49,085 nucleotides of DNA from Coraliomargaritaceae bacterium (GTDB lineage: Bacteria; Verrucomicrobiota; Verrucomicrobiia; Opitutales; Coraliomargaritaceae): assembly GCA_965656495.1 (NCBI GenBank), contig CBFHKU010000005.1:1-49085 (forward strand), read 5' to 3'. This document shows, one piece after another, positions 20,178 through 33,072 of this stretch; the first letter of the stretch is position 1, and each line of letters starts with the position of its first letter. The position numbers were made by a program, and so were the translations under genes. The notes beneath the pieces are model-generated. The model made no database searches. It worked only from the letters and a program-made list of their open reading frames with translations, and was not told the origin of the DNA.

Positions 20178-21071
20178 TTACTTGGTAAGCGGGTCGCCCA
20201 TATTCATGAGGGGCAGGGGGGTGGGTGAGTCGCCGTTGAGGAAATAGATTTTACTGGAGGGGTTGGCGGAGATTTCCTTGAGGGCTTCAAGGGCTTGAAT
20301 CTGGACGTAGGCGGGGTTTTGGGCGATCGCTTCGTTGAGTTTGGTGATTTCGTAGGCTTGGGCGTCGGCGAGGATTTCGCGTTGCTTGGCTTCGAGTTCA
20401 GCGGCTTCGCGGTCTGCCTGAGCTTTGGCGATGATTTGTTGTTGCTCGGTGCGGAAGCGTTCGAGTTCGGCCTTTTGTTTTTCAACTTCCTGCTCGCGTT
20501 CCTTTTTGGATTCAATCGCGCGGGTGATGAAGGGGGGGAGGCTGATGTCACGGATGAGGATGTCGAGGCAGACGATGCCGCGCTGTGCCAGATAATCACT
20601 CATTGAATTATAAATGGCGGATTGGAGGTTTTCCTGGGTTTCCTGCAGGAAGAAATCCTCGGCGCGCACGATGCTCTTGCCCTGTTCGCGCACGACGGAG
20701 CGGAGCTTGGGTTGGATTTGGACGCGGACGGCGTCTTCAAAGGTACCGGTTTCCTGGAGGATGCGGGGGGCTTCCTCGCCATCGATGCGGAATTTGATGC
20801 TGACGTCGACGTTGGTGGTGAGCTGATCCTGAGAGGGGACGCCGGCGCTTTCCTTGAGTTCCTTTTCGCGAATGTCGTAAAAGGTGAATTGGTAGAGGGG
20901 ATTGACGGGGATGGTGAGACCCTCGCGATAGGGCTCATCGACGACTTCCCCGAAGAGGGTGGCGACGGCGACGTGCCCGGCGGGGACGCTGACAAAGATG
21001 CGTGAACCGCCGAGGAGGGCAGCAACTAATAGCGCGATAAGGATGGAGGCGGAGACGGTGCTTTTATTCAT
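20178..21071 (-). CDS. SPFH/prohibitin family membrane protein
   Basis: N-terminal TM helix, VPAGHVAV..LFG and EGL SPFH motifs, C-terminal coiled coil. Start trimmed to MNKSTV. Confidence 0.88.
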   Translation of the reverse strand: MNKSTVSASILIALLVAALLGGSRIFVSVPAGHVAVATLFGEVVDEPYREGLTIPVNPLYQFTFYDIREKELKESAGVPSQDQLTTNVDVSIKFRIDGEEAPRILQETGTFEDAVRVQIQPKLRSVVREQGKSIVRAEDFFLQETQENLQSAIYNSMSDYLAQRGIVCLDILIRDISLPPFITRAIESKKEREQEVEKQKAELERFRTEQQQIIAKAQADREAAELEAKQREILADAQAYEITKLNEAIAQNPAYVQIQALEALKEISANPSSKIYFLNGDSPTPLPLMNMGDPLTK

Positions 21072-21134
21072 GGGGTTGATTGAGTGATAGTTTGCCTTGG
21101 CTGTCAGCAGAAAATAGCGCAAAAGTTTGGGTAG

Positions 21135-22151
21135 ATGGAAATGAATGGCACAGAGGTGAAAGCGCAACTGGCGGCACGGGCAGAGGAGCTGGGTTTTGCG
21201 GCGCTGGGGGTGAGTGCGGTGCCGGTGGAACTGCGGCGGGAATATTATCGGGAATGGATTGCGGCGGGTCAGCACGGAAGTATGGATTGGATGGAGCGAA
21301 ACAATGAGCGTCGTTTGCAGCCGGAGGCCTTGATCCCGGAGGCTCGTAGTGTGGTGATGGTCAGTCTGAATTATTACCAACCGGACCCGGAGCGGGAGTT
21401 TCGCATCGCGAAATACGCGCTGGGGGACGACTACCACAATTTTATGTTGAAGCGGCTGAAGCAGCTTTGCCGTATCATGCGGGAGGAATATGGCGGGGTG
21501 CAGCGGCCGTATGTTGATACCGGGCCAGTGCTGGAGAAACCGATTGCGGCGGCGGCGGGTTTGGGTTGGCAGGGTAAGAGCACGATTTTGATTGAGCCCA
21601 AGCGGGGGACCTGGTCCTTTTTGGGGACGATTGTAACGACCCTGGATTTGCCGGTAGGGGAAGCGGTTAAGGATCGTTGTGGAACTTGTACGCGTTGCAT
21701 TGATGTCTGTCCGACGCGGGCGATAACGGCACCGTATCAATTGGACGCGCGGCGGTGTATTGCCTACCTGACGATTGAGCACGAGGGTGCCATCCCGGAG
21801 GAGTTTCGGGAAGCGGTGGGGGATCGTTTGTTTGGCTGTGATGAATGTCTGGATGTGTGCCCTTGGAATCGGTGGGCGGTGGTGACGCAGGAGGCGCGGT
21901 TTGCGCCACGGGATTTGCCGCTGATGCGGGAGATGCTGGGCTGGGGCGAGGCGGAATTTACGGAGCGTTTTCGTGGTTCACCGATGCGGCGTTTAAAATT
22001 GCAGCGCTTCAAACGGAATATCTGCGTGGTGCTGGGCAACGTCGGCGGGCGGAAGGACGTTCCGGCGCTGGAGGTTTTGGTGCACGGTGATGACGCCATG
22101 CTGGCGGAGCATGCAAGCTGGGCGCTGGAGCGAATCGGAAAGCGCCCCTAG
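21135..22151 (+). CDS. queG: tRNA epoxyqueuosine(34) reductase
   Basis: YALGDDYH, VDTGPVLEK, CGTCTRCIDVCP and GCDECLDVCPWN. Confidence 0.95.
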   Translation: MEMNGTEVKAQLAARAEELGFAALGVSAVPVELRREYYREWIAAGQHGSMDWMERNNERRLQPEALIPEARSVVMVSLNYYQPDPEREFRIAKYALGDDYHNFMLKRLKQLCRIMREEYGGVQRPYVDTGPVLEKPIAAAAGLGWQGKSTILIEPKRGTWSFLGTIVTTLDLPVGEAVKDRCGTCTRCIDVCPTRAITAPYQLDARRCIAYLTIEHEGAIPEEFREAVGDRLFGCDECLDVCPWNRWAVVTQEARFAPRDLPLMREMLGWGEAEFTERFRGSPMRRLKLQRFKRNICVVLGNVGGRKDVPALEVLVHGDDAMLAEHASWALERIGKRP

Positions 22152-22609
22152 TTGCGTTCCCAGCGTTCGACTGTAAAATCGGGATTTTCCAGTTCCACTG
22201 CCGCGAGGCTAAATGCGTTTTCAAACTCAGGGAAGTAGGCATCGCCTTCACAGGTGCGGTGCACGCGGGTGAGGTAGAGGGTCTCACAGTGTGGGAGCAT
22301 TTGGCGGTAAATCTCACCTCCGCCCGCGATCCAGATCGTCTTGTCGGTGGCAAGCTGGTCGAGCATGGCGAGGTCGGTGAAGCAATGCACGTTTGGGATG
22401 TTGCGGGGGGTGCGACTCAGGACATAGGTTTCCCGGCCGGGGAGGGGGCGTCCGATGGAATCGAAGGTCTTGCGACCCATGATAAGAATACCGCCCATGG
22501 TGGTTTCTTTGAACCATTTGAAGTCTTCGGGCAGATGCCAGGGGATGTCGCCGGCGTTACCGATAACGCGGTTTTCAGACATGGCTGCGATGGCCTTGAA
22601 GGTCTTCAT
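22148..22609 (-). CDS. folA: Dihydrofolate reductase
   Basis: IPWHLPED, MGRKTF, RPLPGR, IAGGGEIY and GDAYFP. Confidence 0.97.
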   Translation of the reverse strand: MKTFKAIAAMSENRVIGNAGDIPWHLPEDFKWFKETTMGGILIMGRKTFDSIGRPLPGRETYVLSRTPRNIPNVHCFTDLAMLDQLATDKTIWIAGGGEIYRQMLPHCETLYLTRVHRTCEGDAYFPEFENAFSLAAVELENPDFTVERWERN

Positions 22610-22615
22610 GGAAAA

Positions 22616-23410
22616 TCAGACGGCGATGGGTGCCTTGATGGCGGGGTGGGGATCGTAGTTGACCAGTTCGAAGTCCTCGTAGGTGAAGCCGTCAATGGTT
22701 TTGACCTCGGGGTTGAGGCGCATTTGTGGACAGGCACGGGGCTCGCGGGAGAGTTGCTCGCGGGCTTGGTCCACGTGGTTGGCGTAGAGGTGCAGGTCGC
22801 CGAAGGTATGGACGAATTCCTTGGGGCGGAGATCGCACACCTGAGCGACCATCATGGTGAGGAGGGCGTAGGATGCGATGTTGAAGGGGACGCCGAGGAA
22901 GATGTCGGCACTGCGCTGGTAGAGCTGGCAGCTGAGTTCGCCGTTGGCGACATAGAATTGGAAAAGGGCGTGACAGGGCGGGAGCGCCATGTGCTGGATT
23001 TCGCCGGGATTCCAGGCGCAAACGATGTGGCGGCGGCTGTCGGGGTTGTTTTTGAGATCCCGGATGAGGTTGGCGATTTGGTCCACGCGGGAGCCATCGC
23101 TGGCAGACCAGTCGCGCCATTGCGCACCGTAGACCCGCCCAAGGTCGCCGTTTTCATCGGCCCATTCGTCCCAGATGGTGACTTTGTTGTCGCGCAGGTA
23201 GGCGATATTGGTTTCGCCTTTAAGGAACCAGAGGAGTTCGTGAATGATGGAGCGGAGGTGGAGTTTTTTGGTTGTGAGGAGGGGGAAGTCGGGATGGAGG
23301 GAGAAACGAGCCTGCGCCCCAAAGATGGAATAGGTGCCAGTGCCGGTGCGGTCGTCGCGGTAGGTTCCGGTTTCAAGGACGGTATTGAGTAGATCAAGGT
23401 AACTTTTCAT
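22616..23410 (-). CDS. thyA: Thymidylate synthase
   Basis: DRTGTGT, MALPPCH and [14 protein letters not shown]. Confidence 0.98.
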   Translation of the reverse strand: MKSYLDLLNTVLETGTYRDDRTGTGTYSIFGAQARFSLHPDFPLLTTKKLHLRSIIHELLWFLKGETNIAYLRDNKVTIWDEWADENGDLGRVYGAQWRDWSASDGSRVDQIANLIRDLKNNPDSRRHIVCAWNPGEIQHMALPPCHALFQFYVANGELSCQLYQRSADIFLGVPFNIASYALLTMMVAQVCDLRPKEFVHTFGDLHLYANHVDQAREQLSREPRACPQMRLNPEVKTIDGFTYEDFELVNYDPHPAIKAPIAV

Positions 23411-23472
23411 GGAGCGTTACTGTCAAGGTAGGCGAGTGGGCTGTCAATATAGGGCGTTTGTATAATTTGGAT

Positions 23473-23835
23473 TTAGCCGCGAATCACGAGTTCACGAATT
23501 TTACCACAATGTGGGAGGGAGATAATCTTTTTTAGGATATAAGATTTTTTGAAGTTGAGTTCGGAGCGCAGGGTGGGGTTGGTGACTGAGATGATAAGGG
23601 TGTGTTCATCTTTGATGCGGACGGGATTGCAGCGGCCTGCTAATTTACCGAAGAGCTCATTCCAGTTTTCAACGAGGGAACGCTCCGGGCATGGAGCTTC
23701 GATTTTGTAGCGTTCCTTGATAACAACGAGGAGATTATCGAGGCTTATGGGCATGCTTTTTGATGACCAACTGACGCTGCGTGGCAGCCCGCGAAAATCC
23801 GCGATGATGTCTTCGGTTGGCTTGGAAAATGGCAT
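23473..23835 (-). CDS. DUF721/DciA family protein
   Basis: W..L.G.LA.RC.P...LIISV.NP.LRSEL pattern of the DciA KH-like domain. Confidence 0.7.
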   Translation of the reverse strand: MPFSKPTEDIIADFRGLPRSVSWSSKSMPISLDNLLVVIKERYKIEAPCPERSLVENWNELFGKLAGRCNPVRIKDEHTLIISVTNPTLRSELNFKKSYILKKIISLPHCGKIRELVIRG

Positions 23836-23953
23836 AATTTGACTGTGGAGGCTCCTTTAATTGATTGCCAGCCCATAAGTTTAAGGTGATTATGTTTCCT
23901 AATGGTCTGATTTGTAGGGATTAAAAAAACTTTATTTAAATTCGAAAAATGAC

Positions 23954-23981
23954 TTGCAATAAAGACAGCGAAATCTAAGGT
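23954..23981 (+). promoter_or_regulatory. Putative sigma70 promoter for candidate sRNA
   Basis: TTGCAA (23954-23959), 16 nt, TAAGGT (23976-23981), with an AT-rich upstream region. Confidence 0.55.
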
Positions 23982-23987
23982 TGAAAT

Positions 23988-24086
<99 letters not shown>

Positions 24087-24292
24087 GTGCCCCATCCTGC
24101 AGCGCTTTTTGATACGAAAGACGGGTTTAGTGGAGTTGAGTGCCCTAATTATCGGGCTTTTTGCTTGCTATATGTGAATGCACGGCTACTACTTGCCGGC
24201 TCTTTTGATGATTGGTATCATCACACGGGAAAACCCACTTAATTATTAACCATCAACCCAGTTGTCCTTTCGGGGACGACACACAGTCAAAT

Positions 24293-25951
<1,659 letters not shown>

Positions 25952-25984
25952 GTCGTCGATTCGTTTAACCCGCGATTACATTCC

Positions 25985-26010
25985 AGCCCCCGCTTGTCGG
26001 GGGCTTTTTT
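25985..26010 (+). terminator. Rho-independent terminator of rpsA
   Basis: AGCCCCCG-CTTGT-CGGGGGCT followed by a T-run. Confidence 0.85.
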
Positions 26011-26059
26011 GTTTCCCGTGGGTGATCAAAGGTTGAACCATCCGGCGGAAACAGATTCC

Positions 26060-28552
26060 ATGCATCCAATGACAAAAGCCGCGCCCAGTTTCAGTCACCG
26101 TTTTTGTGTCGATCTCGCCGGTGGCCAGGTTTACCGGCAGGCTGAAAAACTCCATGACGGCGGCGCAGTGCGGGCATCGGAGTGGGTGAGTCCGGTGCTC
26201 ACCGGAAAAGTGAAAGGCGCGGCGGGGTTGTATCAACCGCGTCTCAACTTGCGCTCCACCGTCTTTGCGGAGAATGAATGCACTTGTCCGGTGGGCCGGA
26301 AGGGTCGGATCTGTGCGCACGCGATCGCCTTGTGTTTGCATTACGAGTCGCACCGGAGTGAGGCGGGCTCACCGGTGGAGGACCGTGGCAGTGTTGGGGT
26401 GGCGCCGATGCGGGAAGCGTCAAAGCCGAACCTGCGGCGGCAGGCGGAGGCCTCCACTCAGGCGCGATGGTCGAGCAGTCCAAAGGATTATCCCGATGCG
26501 ATGCCGGCGGGCGATCCCATGGCGGATTTCCCGGAAACTAAGATCGTGGTGGATGGTTCGACGCAATACCTCGCGCTACGTTTGCCTACCGGAGGGGATG
26601 ATTCCATTCGGCCCCTGCGGGAGATTCTCAAGGCGGAGGGTTTTCAGCTTGAACCGAGAAACCGTCGCTGGTGGTTGCGCGATCGGCATAAGGTTTTGAA
26701 CTTTCTCGCCTTACATTGGAGTGCCTTGCGTGAGCAATGGCGTGCCTGCTTCACCGATAATTTTGAAAGAAAACTGAAGGGCGTTGAAGTGGCGGGTCTG
26801 GAGGTGGAGGCTGCGGAGTCGGAGGGGAGCTTTCGTTTGGACTTGAGCTTGAGCCGTCAACAGGACTCTGAGGCGATCCGCCGCGCCATGGGTGGAGGAA
26901 AGCATTATCTTGAGAGTGAAAAGGGAACGATTACTTTGATTGATCGCGGGGCGGTGGAGCATTTGCACCGAATTGAGCGCGCGGTGAGCGGGCAGGCCGA
27001 CCGGCCTTTTACGCCGGGATTCTCCAAACAACTGGGTGCAGCGGAATTGGCGGCAGTCGAGGGTATGCTCGACGAACTGGCGCCGGGTTGGGAACCGCCG
27101 CAAGCGTGGCAATCCCGCAGTCGCGCCCTGCGCGACATTGGAGCGCTGGACCCGCCACCGGTCCCGCCGCATTTTGATTCGCTCCTGCGTCCGTATCAAC
27201 GGGTAGGGGTAGCTTGGCTCTGGCATCTTTACCGGCATCAGTTGGGCGGTATTCTGGCAGACGAAATGGGTTTGGGAAAAACCCTGCAGGCGCTCGCGCT
27301 GGTAAGCTGTATCACGAAAACAAATACAGACTTGGAGCCCGCGCTCGTGGTTTGTCCGGCGAGTCTGGTGGAAAACTGGTGTCGTGAGGCGGCCCGATTT
27401 GTGCCGGACCTGCGGGTTTTGAAGCACCACGGTCCGTCGCGGGCGAAGGAAGCGGTTTCAATGGAGGACGTCGATTTGGTGGTGACCTCTTATGGAACCC
27501 TGCGGCAGGACGGGGAATTAATGGGGGCGCTCGATTGGTCCGTTGTGATTGGAGACGAGGCCCAGCACATCAAGAATCGCCGCAGTCAAAATGCCCGGAT
27601 CCTGACCCGCCTCCACAATGGCGGTCGTTTTCTCCTGACGGGTACCCCGGTGGAAAACTCTTTGGACGATCTCTATTCACTCTTTGAATTTCTGATGCCC
27701 GGTTACCTGACGGCGCCCAGCGGCAAATTGTCGGGAGCAGATCGTGCCTGGCACAGTGAGGGGCAAAGTCGCCGTGCGGCTGCCTATATTTTGCGGCGTA
27801 CGAAAAAAGAGGTCGCTCCGGAGTTGCCGGAAAAGATTGAGAAGACTTTTTATTGCGAGCTTGGGAGTAAACAGCAGCGCTTTTATCAGGAGACACTCGA
27901 GAAAACCCGGCGCGAAATCTTTGAAATGGAAATGGCGGGCGCGGCGGCGGGACGGGTTCGCTTTGCGGCTTTTACGGAGTTGTTGCGCCTGCGGCAGGTA
28001 TGCGTCGATCCCCGTATTTTGGATGCGGAATTTGCGGCAGAGGAATCTGCGAAATTGAAGGCTTTTGATGAGGTCCTGGCGGAGTGTTTGGACAATGGTG
28101 GGCGGATGCTGGTATTTTCTAGTTTTGTGACGGCGCTCAAGTTGTTGGCCGAGCACCTGAAAGCATCGGGTCACTGTTACGCTTACCTTGATGGGCAAAC
28201 CAGGAACCGCCTGGCAGTCTGTGACGAATTCAATAACGACCCTGAGATCCCGGTATTCCTGATTTCCTTGAAGGCGGGGGGGACCGGTTTGAATTTAACG
28301 GGTGCCGACACGGTCTTGCACTACGATCCCTGGTGGAATCCGGCGGCGGAGGCGCAGGCAACGGACCGGGCGCACCGCATCGGTCAGGAACGGGTCGTTA
28401 CGAGCGTGAAACTCATCGCCACTAATACGGTGGAGGAAAAAGTGCTGGAGTTACAAAAGCGCAAGGCGGAGCTCTTGGCGGAGCTTTTTGAGGAATCGGC
28501 AGCCGCCAATGCCAAGGTCAGTATTGAGGATATCAAGGATCTCTTGAGTTAG
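26060..28552 (+). CDS. SWIM zinc finger + SNF2-family helicase
   Basis: CTCP...[35 protein letters not shown] and [11 protein letters not shown]. Start uncertain (26060 or 26069). Confidence 0.9.
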   Translation: MHPMTKAAPSFSHRFCVDLAGGQVYRQAEKLHDGGAVRASEWVSPVLTGKVKGAAGLYQPRLNLRSTVFAENECTCPVGRKGRICAHAIALCLHYESHRSEAGSPVEDRGSVGVAPMREASKPNLRRQAEASTQARWSSSPKDYPDAMPAGDPMADFPETKIVVDGSTQYLALRLPTGGDDSIRPLREILKAEGFQLEPRNRRWWLRDRHKVLNFLALHWSALREQWRACFTDNFERKLKGVEVAGLEVEAAESEGSFRLDLSLSRQQDSEAIRRAMGGGKHYLESEKGTITLIDRGAVEHLHRIERAVSGQADRPFTPGFSKQLGAAELAAVEGMLDELAPGWEPPQAWQSRSRALRDIGALDPPPVPPHFDSLLRPYQRVGVAWLWHLYRHQLGGILADEMGLGKTLQALALVSCITKTNTDLEPALVVCPASLVENWCREAARFVPDLRVLKHHGPSRAKEAVSMEDVDLVVTSYGTLRQDGELMGALDWSVVIGDEAQHIKNRRSQNARILTRLHNGGRFLLTGTPVENSLDDLYSLFEFLMPGYLTAPSGKLSGADRAWHSEGQSRRAAAYILRRTKKEVAPELPEKIEKTFYCELGSKQQRFYQETLEKTRREIFEMEMAGAAAGRVRFAAFTELLRLRQVCVDPRILDAEFAAEESAKLKAFDEVLAECLDNGGRMLVFSSFVTALKLLAEHLKASGHCYAYLDGQTRNRLAVCDEFNNDPEIPVFLISLKAGGTGLNLTGADTVLHYDPWWNPAAEAQATDRAHRIGQERVVTSVKLIATNTVEEKVLELQKRKAELLAELFEESAAANAKVSIEDIKDLLS

Positions 28553-28622
28553 AGCCTTGCCGCCCGATACAGGGATGGGTCTTGCTTCCTTTGAATCCGT
28601 CCTTTTGCTTGGGAATAGAAGC

Positions 28623-29567
28623 ATGGCAGATTCATGGGAAATTTTGAAATTGTTGGCGGACCAAACCCGGGTCCGCTTGCTGACGCTGCTTGCCCGGGAG
28701 GAACTCTCGGTAGCGGAATTGCAGGAAATCATGAACATGGGTCAGTCAAGGATTTCATCACACCTCGGGCTTTTGCGGCAGGGTGAGTTGTTGCAGGATC
28801 GGCGGGAGGGTAAAAAAACCTTCTACGCATGGAACAAGGGTTTTGAGTCGGAAGGTCGCGCTTTGATTGCGGCGGCTTGTGATGCGGTCGCGAATACTCC
28901 GCAGATCGTTGAGGATGCCGCAAACTTGAAACGTGTCCTTGAAAAACGAAAACGTAAGGCGGAGGAATATTTCAATTCGGTGGCGGGTCGTCTGGGGAAG
29001 CATTATTGTCCGGGCCGCAATTGGGAGGGTATTGGGCACTTGCTCCTTCAATTGACACCGCCGCTTACGGTTGCCGATTTGGGGGCGGGAGAGGGCTTGA
29101 TTTCTCAACTGCTGGCGCGACGGGCGAAACAGGTTATCTGTGTGGATAATTCACCGAAGATGGTTGAGTTCGGTACCGCGCTCGCAAAGAAAAACGAATT
29201 TACGAACCTCGAATACAAGCTGGGCGATATTGAGTCGGTGCCTTTAAAAGACGGCTCGGTTGATTTGGCGCTACTGAGCCAGGCCTTACACCATGCACCA
29301 CATCCTCAGCAAGCGGTGGCGGAGGCTTTCCGGATTTTAAAGCCCGGTGGTCAACTTGTGGTGATTGATTTGCTGGAGCATCAATTCGAGAAGGCGCGGG
29401 AACTGTATGCGGACGAATGGTTGGGCTTCTCAGAAAACAAGCTATACCAATATCTCAAGGAGGCGGGTTTTAAAGGTATCGAGATCAACGTAGTGGCACG
29501 TGAAAGCGAGCCGCCCCATTTTGAGACGGTGGTTGCCAGTGGTTTTAAACACAAATCAGGGGCCTGA
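28623..29567 (+). CDS. ArsR-HTH + SAM-methyltransferase fusion regulator (SahR/SamR-like)
   Basis: ArsR motifs [10 protein letters not shown] and QSRISSHL, followed by DLGAGEG and LHH...LKPGG. Confidence 0.85.
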   Translation: MADSWEILKLLADQTRVRLLTLLAREELSVAELQEIMNMGQSRISSHLGLLRQGELLQDRREGKKTFYAWNKGFESEGRALIAAACDAVANTPQIVEDAANLKRVLEKRKRKAEEYFNSVAGRLGKHYCPGRNWEGIGHLLLQLTPPLTVADLGAGEGLISQLLARRAKQVICVDNSPKMVEFGTALAKKNEFTNLEYKLGDIESVPLKDGSVDLALLSQALHHAPHPQQAVAEAFRILKPGGQLVVIDLLEHQFEKARELYADEWLGFSENKLYQYLKEAGFKGIEINVVARESEPPHFETVVASGFKHKSGA

Positions 29568-29578
29568 CGGGGGAGCGT

Positions 29579-30322
29579 ATGGAGGCGAATGAAAAGGCGG
29601 TGCACGCTTATTTTGATTCTGATGAAGTGGTCGAGCAGTACGCTGCGGCTGCGGGTCGAGTCGGGCTGTGGGAGTCGGAGGAAAAAATTTTCAGGCGTTT
29701 GTTTAAGCCAGAGGAGACATTACTGGAGTTGGGATGTGGCGCGGGGCGCATCGCCTTTGGTTTACATGAGTTGGGTTATCATAATTTGATGGCGATTGAT
29801 TTCGCACGTGGGATGGTGCGCCGCGCGCGTCACATGGCGGAGGTGCTGGAATATGCCATTCCTTTTCGGGTTGGGGATGCCACCCAACTGGAGTTTGAGG
29901 ATGCGGTTTTTGACGGCGCGATTTTTAGTTTTAACGGCTTGATGCAGATTCCGGAAGCGGCGCGACGGGAAACGGCGCTGCGGGAAATTTTCCGCGTTTT
30001 GCGACCGGGGGCTTGGTTTGTTTTCACCAGCCATGACCGGGAGCGCAGTCCGGATCAGGCCTTCTGGGAAGCGGAAGAAAAACGCTGGTCGATCGGTGAA
30101 CAGTCTGCGGGCTTGCATGAATTTGGTGATCGTTTGGAAGCAGGAACGACGGGAGTGCATTTTATGCACGTGCCAACGGTTGCCGAGATGGAGGCGCTCA
30201 TTGCCAAGGTGGGTTTTCGTATTGAGGCGCACCTCATGCGGTCTGAATTGGCGATGGAGTCGGCTCGCGTGCGGGAATTTTCAGACGATTGCCGATTTTG
30301 GGTCGTGCAGCGTCCGGGCTGA
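29579..30322 (+). CDS. Class I SAM-dependent methyltransferase
   Basis: [12 protein letters not shown] and RVLRPG motifs. Confidence 0.88.
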   Translation: MEANEKAVHAYFDSDEVVEQYAAAAGRVGLWESEEKIFRRLFKPEETLLELGCGAGRIAFGLHELGYHNLMAIDFARGMVRRARHMAEVLEYAIPFRVGDATQLEFEDAVFDGAIFSFNGLMQIPEAARRETALREIFRVLRPGAWFVFTSHDRERSPDQAFWEAEEKRWSIGEQSAGLHEFGDRLEAGTTGVHFMHVPTVAEMEALIAKVGFRIEAHLMRSELAMESARVREFSDDCRFWVVQRPG

Positions 30323-30329
30323 GGTAAGC

Positions 30330-31052
30330 CTAGATAAGGCCGGCATCATCGAAGCTATAATAACCCACTTGCATGGGGTCGATCTCTCGACGACCAAGAA
30401 TAATGTGGTCGAGGAAGTCGATTTGTAGGGTTTGGGCAGCTTGTCGCAATTGTCGGGTAATTTGGATATCGGCCTTGCTTGGGGTCGGATCGCCGCTCGG
30501 GTGGTTATGCGCCGCAATGATGGCAGTGGCATTGCATTTGATGGCTTCCCTAAAGACCTCGCGTGGATGAACCAGACTGCTGGTCGCAGTGCCGGAGGTG
30601 ACCGCCAGGTCGCTGATGAGTCGATTCTTGCGGTCGAGGCATAAAACCCAGAACTTCTCAACGTCGAGCCCCGCAATGCGGGTGCGGAAAAATTGGGCGA
30701 CTCTTTCAGGGCTATCAAAGGCTTCAGTAATAGTAGCTTCGTCCCATGCGCGAATAAGCCGCTTGGTTAGCTCCATAATCGTCAAAAGTTGGGCGGCCTT
30801 CACCCCTCCAATGCCACGTATTTTAAGAAAATCCTGCCGCGTCCAATGTAGCAATTTGTCCAGCGATCCGGCTTTATCCAGAATGGTTCCACAAAGACTC
30901 AGAATATCAATTCCCTTGGGGCCGCTGCGCAGTAAAATCGCAAGCAATTCAGCATCGCTCAAGGCATCTGCCCCCAGCGATTCAAGTCGCTCCTGAGGGC
31001 GCTCGCTGGCAATCATGTCTTTTATTCGTCTCTGTGGATAGTCGCGCTCCAT
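30330..31052 (-). CDS. radC: RadC/JAB-domain protein
   Basis: LSDAELLAILL, HhH GIGGVKA, VHPREVF, HNHPSGD.TPS.AD and LDHIIL. Confidence 0.95.
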   Translation of the reverse strand: MERDYPQRRIKDMIASERPQERLESLGADALSDAELLAILLRSGPKGIDILSLCGTILDKAGSLDKLLHWTRQDFLKIRGIGGVKAAQLLTIMELTKRLIRAWDEATITEAFDSPERVAQFFRTRIAGLDVEKFWVLCLDRKNRLISDLAVTSGTATSSLVHPREVFREAIKCNATAIIAAHNHPSGDPTPSKADIQITRQLRQAAQTLQIDFLDHIILGRREIDPMQVGYYSFDDAGLI

Positions 31053-31059
31053 CTTTAAA

Positions 31060-31087
31060 AATTTAGGTTAAAAACCTAAAATGTCAA
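31060..31087 (-). promoter_or_regulatory. radC promoter with overlapping palindrome
   Basis: TTGACA, 16 nt, TAAATT, 7 nt, ATG. Inverted repeat TTTAGGTT-AAA-AACCTAAA at 31062-31080. Confidence 0.65.
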
Positions 31088-31192
31088 AATATTATAGATC
31101 TGCGTGACTAATTAAGCAGAAATTTTTCAAGTGGTTGGATTCGAGCAAGTTTTCTAGTTGAGGCAGCGTCGGAATGTGAACATCTCATAGGG

Positions 31193-32347
31193 GTGCGGCT
31201 ATCACCTGAAAAACCAAGTCTCTTTGGAGAAACGCTTGAAACCCTTACGGAAATCCTGAAGGAAGCTGGTCATCCCGCTTTTCGGGCACGGCAAATCATG
31301 GATTGGCTCTACAAAAAACGGGTGCAGGCGCTGGACGAAATGACCAATCTCCCCAAAAGCCTTCGCCAATGGCTGGATGCCAACTACTGTATTTATCCGG
31401 TGCGCCCGGTGCTGGATAAGCGTTCCAATGATGTCACTCAAAAATTGCTGATGGAGTTGGAGGATCGCTCATTGATTGAAACGGTACTGATTCGCGCGCC
31501 ACAGGAAGGGGTCGGGGTCGATCAGTCGCGCAAGACGGTGTGCGTCTCGATTCAGGTCGGCTGCGCCTATGGGTGCCGTTTTTGCGCATCGGGTCTTGCC
31601 GGGTTCAAGCGCAATCTCCTCGCCTCGGAAGTCGTGGCGCAGTTGATGCATATCTGCCGAATGGAGGATGCCCATACCGCGCGTGCCGAAGCATCCATCG
31701 CGTCCTTCGATAATATCGTCTTCATGGGAATGGGGGAACCGCTCGCAAATTATGACGCGCTGGTGCGCACGATCAAAATTCTGAACGCGGACTGGGGGCT
31801 GCATTTTGGAGCGCGTCGCATTACGGTTTCGACCTCGGGCCTGGCGCCGCAAATATTGAAACTGGCAGAGGAAGGTGTGGCGGTGCGGCTTGCGATCTCC
31901 CTCCACGGGGCGACCAACGCGGTGCGGGATCAGATCATGCCGATCAACAAAAAATACCCGCTCGAGGTTTTGCTTCCCGCCGCAAAGGCTTTTCAGGAAA
32001 AGCACGGGCGTATGCTAACGCTCGAGTTTATTCTGATTGAGGGGATCAATGACAGTCTCGAGCAGGCACGCGAGCTCGCCAAAATAGCTTACGATCTCCA
32101 CGCCCATGTGAACTGCATTCCCTACAACAAAGTGGAAGGGCTTGAATGGAAACGCCCCAGTATCGGGCGTCAGGATGCCTTTGTGAAAGTGCTGCGCGAG
32201 GCGGGAGTTTCGGTCACAATCCGCCGCGAGAAAGGCCATGATATCAACGCCGCCTGCGGACAATTGCGCCTCAAGACTGAAAAAGCCATGGCGGAGTCCG
32301 AGCCCCGTCCCGGTAATCCCTTCGGCGAAAAACCCGAGAGCGCCTAG
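31193..32347 (+). CDS. rlmN: 23S rRNA (A2503-C2) methyltransferase, radical SAM
   Basis: CxxxCxxC (GCAYGCRFC), MGMGEP and DINAACGQL. Confidence 0.97.
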   Translation: MRLSPEKPSLFGETLETLTEILKEAGHPAFRARQIMDWLYKKRVQALDEMTNLPKSLRQWLDANYCIYPVRPVLDKRSNDVTQKLLMELEDRSLIETVLIRAPQEGVGVDQSRKTVCVSIQVGCAYGCRFCASGLAGFKRNLLASEVVAQLMHICRMEDAHTARAEASIASFDNIVFMGMGEPLANYDALVRTIKILNADWGLHFGARRITVSTSGLAPQILKLAEEGVAVRLAISLHGATNAVRDQIMPINKKYPLEVLLPAAKAFQEKHGRMLTLEFILIEGINDSLEQARELAKIAYDLHAHVNCIPYNKVEGLEWKRPSIGRQDAFVKVLREAGVSVTIRREKGHDINAACGQLRLKTEKAMAESEPRPGNPFGEKPESA

Positions 32348-32361
32348 CGCTCCATATCGGT

Positions 32362-32530
32362 TATGAAGGTGGTTTTAGGTATGAAAGTGGGCTTTAGGTA
32401 TGAAAGTGGGAAAGTGGGAAGGTGGGAAAGTTAGGGAACGTCGAACATCGAACATTGAACGTTGAAGGGGTTGTTCGTTGAACGTTGTTGGTTGTTAATT
32501 GGGATTACTCTTACTCATGATCTTAATATC
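32362..32530. repeat. Microsatellite mosaic (same vocabulary as 664-4170)
   Basis: GTGGGAA(A/G), ATCGAAC/ATTGAAC and TCTTAC/TCTTAA runs. Confidence 0.8.
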
Positions 32531-32883
32531 GTGGAAGCGGCAATCCTGCCGCTTTGCTTGTTGCTGAAAAGCGACAAGCGTGTCGCTTCTACCTCCGGTG
32601 CTAGGAACAGCGACCGGGTTGTATATCGTGGAAGCGGCAATCCTGCCGCTTTGCTTGTTGCTGAAAAGCGACAAGCGTGTCGCTTCTACCTCCGGTGCTA
32701 GGAACAGCGACCGGGTTGTATATCGTGGAAGCGGCAATCTTGCCGCTTTGTTTGTTGCTGAAAAGCGACAAGCGTGTCGTTTCTACCTCCGGTGCTAGGA
32801 ACAGCGACCGGGTTGTATATTGTGGAAGCGGCAATCCTGCCGCTTTGCTTGTTGCTGAAAAGCGACAAGAGTGTCGCTTCTAC
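32531..32883. repeat. BIME/REPIN array: 4 x 97-bp units
   Basis: Units start at 32531, 32628, 32725 and 32822. Each has REP-A forward and REP-B reverse; a constant linker (CTCCGGTGCTAGGAACAGCGACCGGGTTGTATAT) joins successive units. Confidence 0.92.
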
Positions 32884-33072
32884 TGCAAGTAATCGGATGA
32901 GTGCTCATGAGCGACTCTAAGCGTGCCGGACTCAGGGCAGCATGCGGGCTATCCACATTCGTAAAATCCGCGTAATTGGTAGTTTTTTTTAAAACTACGG
33001 ATCGCGCGGATCGCACGGATTTCGGGAGTTAAAAGTTGAGAGTTCGCTGTTGGATCTTCGCGGTTCTTCGTC
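32829..33072. repeat. 244-bp direct repeat, copy 1
   Basis: Colinear with 34608-34851 (offset 1779), 5 mismatches counted by eye. A partial third copy lies at ~34230-34306. Confidence 0.9.

Noticed and set aside
21072..21782. 237-aa N-terminal extension of the SPFH ORF
   Set aside because: Overlaps queG on the opposite strand; the real start is the ATG before the TM helix.
26060..28552. SWIM-SNF2 helicase as part of a defence system
   Set aside because: Housekeeping context after rpsA with no partner defence genes.
32531..32883. CRISPR array
   Set aside because: Units are 97-bp tandem copies with identical linkers, there are no unique spacers and no cas genes; better explained as a BIME.
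32993..33065. Integron attC site (AAC...GTT imperfect hairpin of ~72 bp after the toxin stop)
   Set aside because: Flanks do not fit RYYYAAC/GTTRRRY, internal pairing is poor, and there is no intI in the window.
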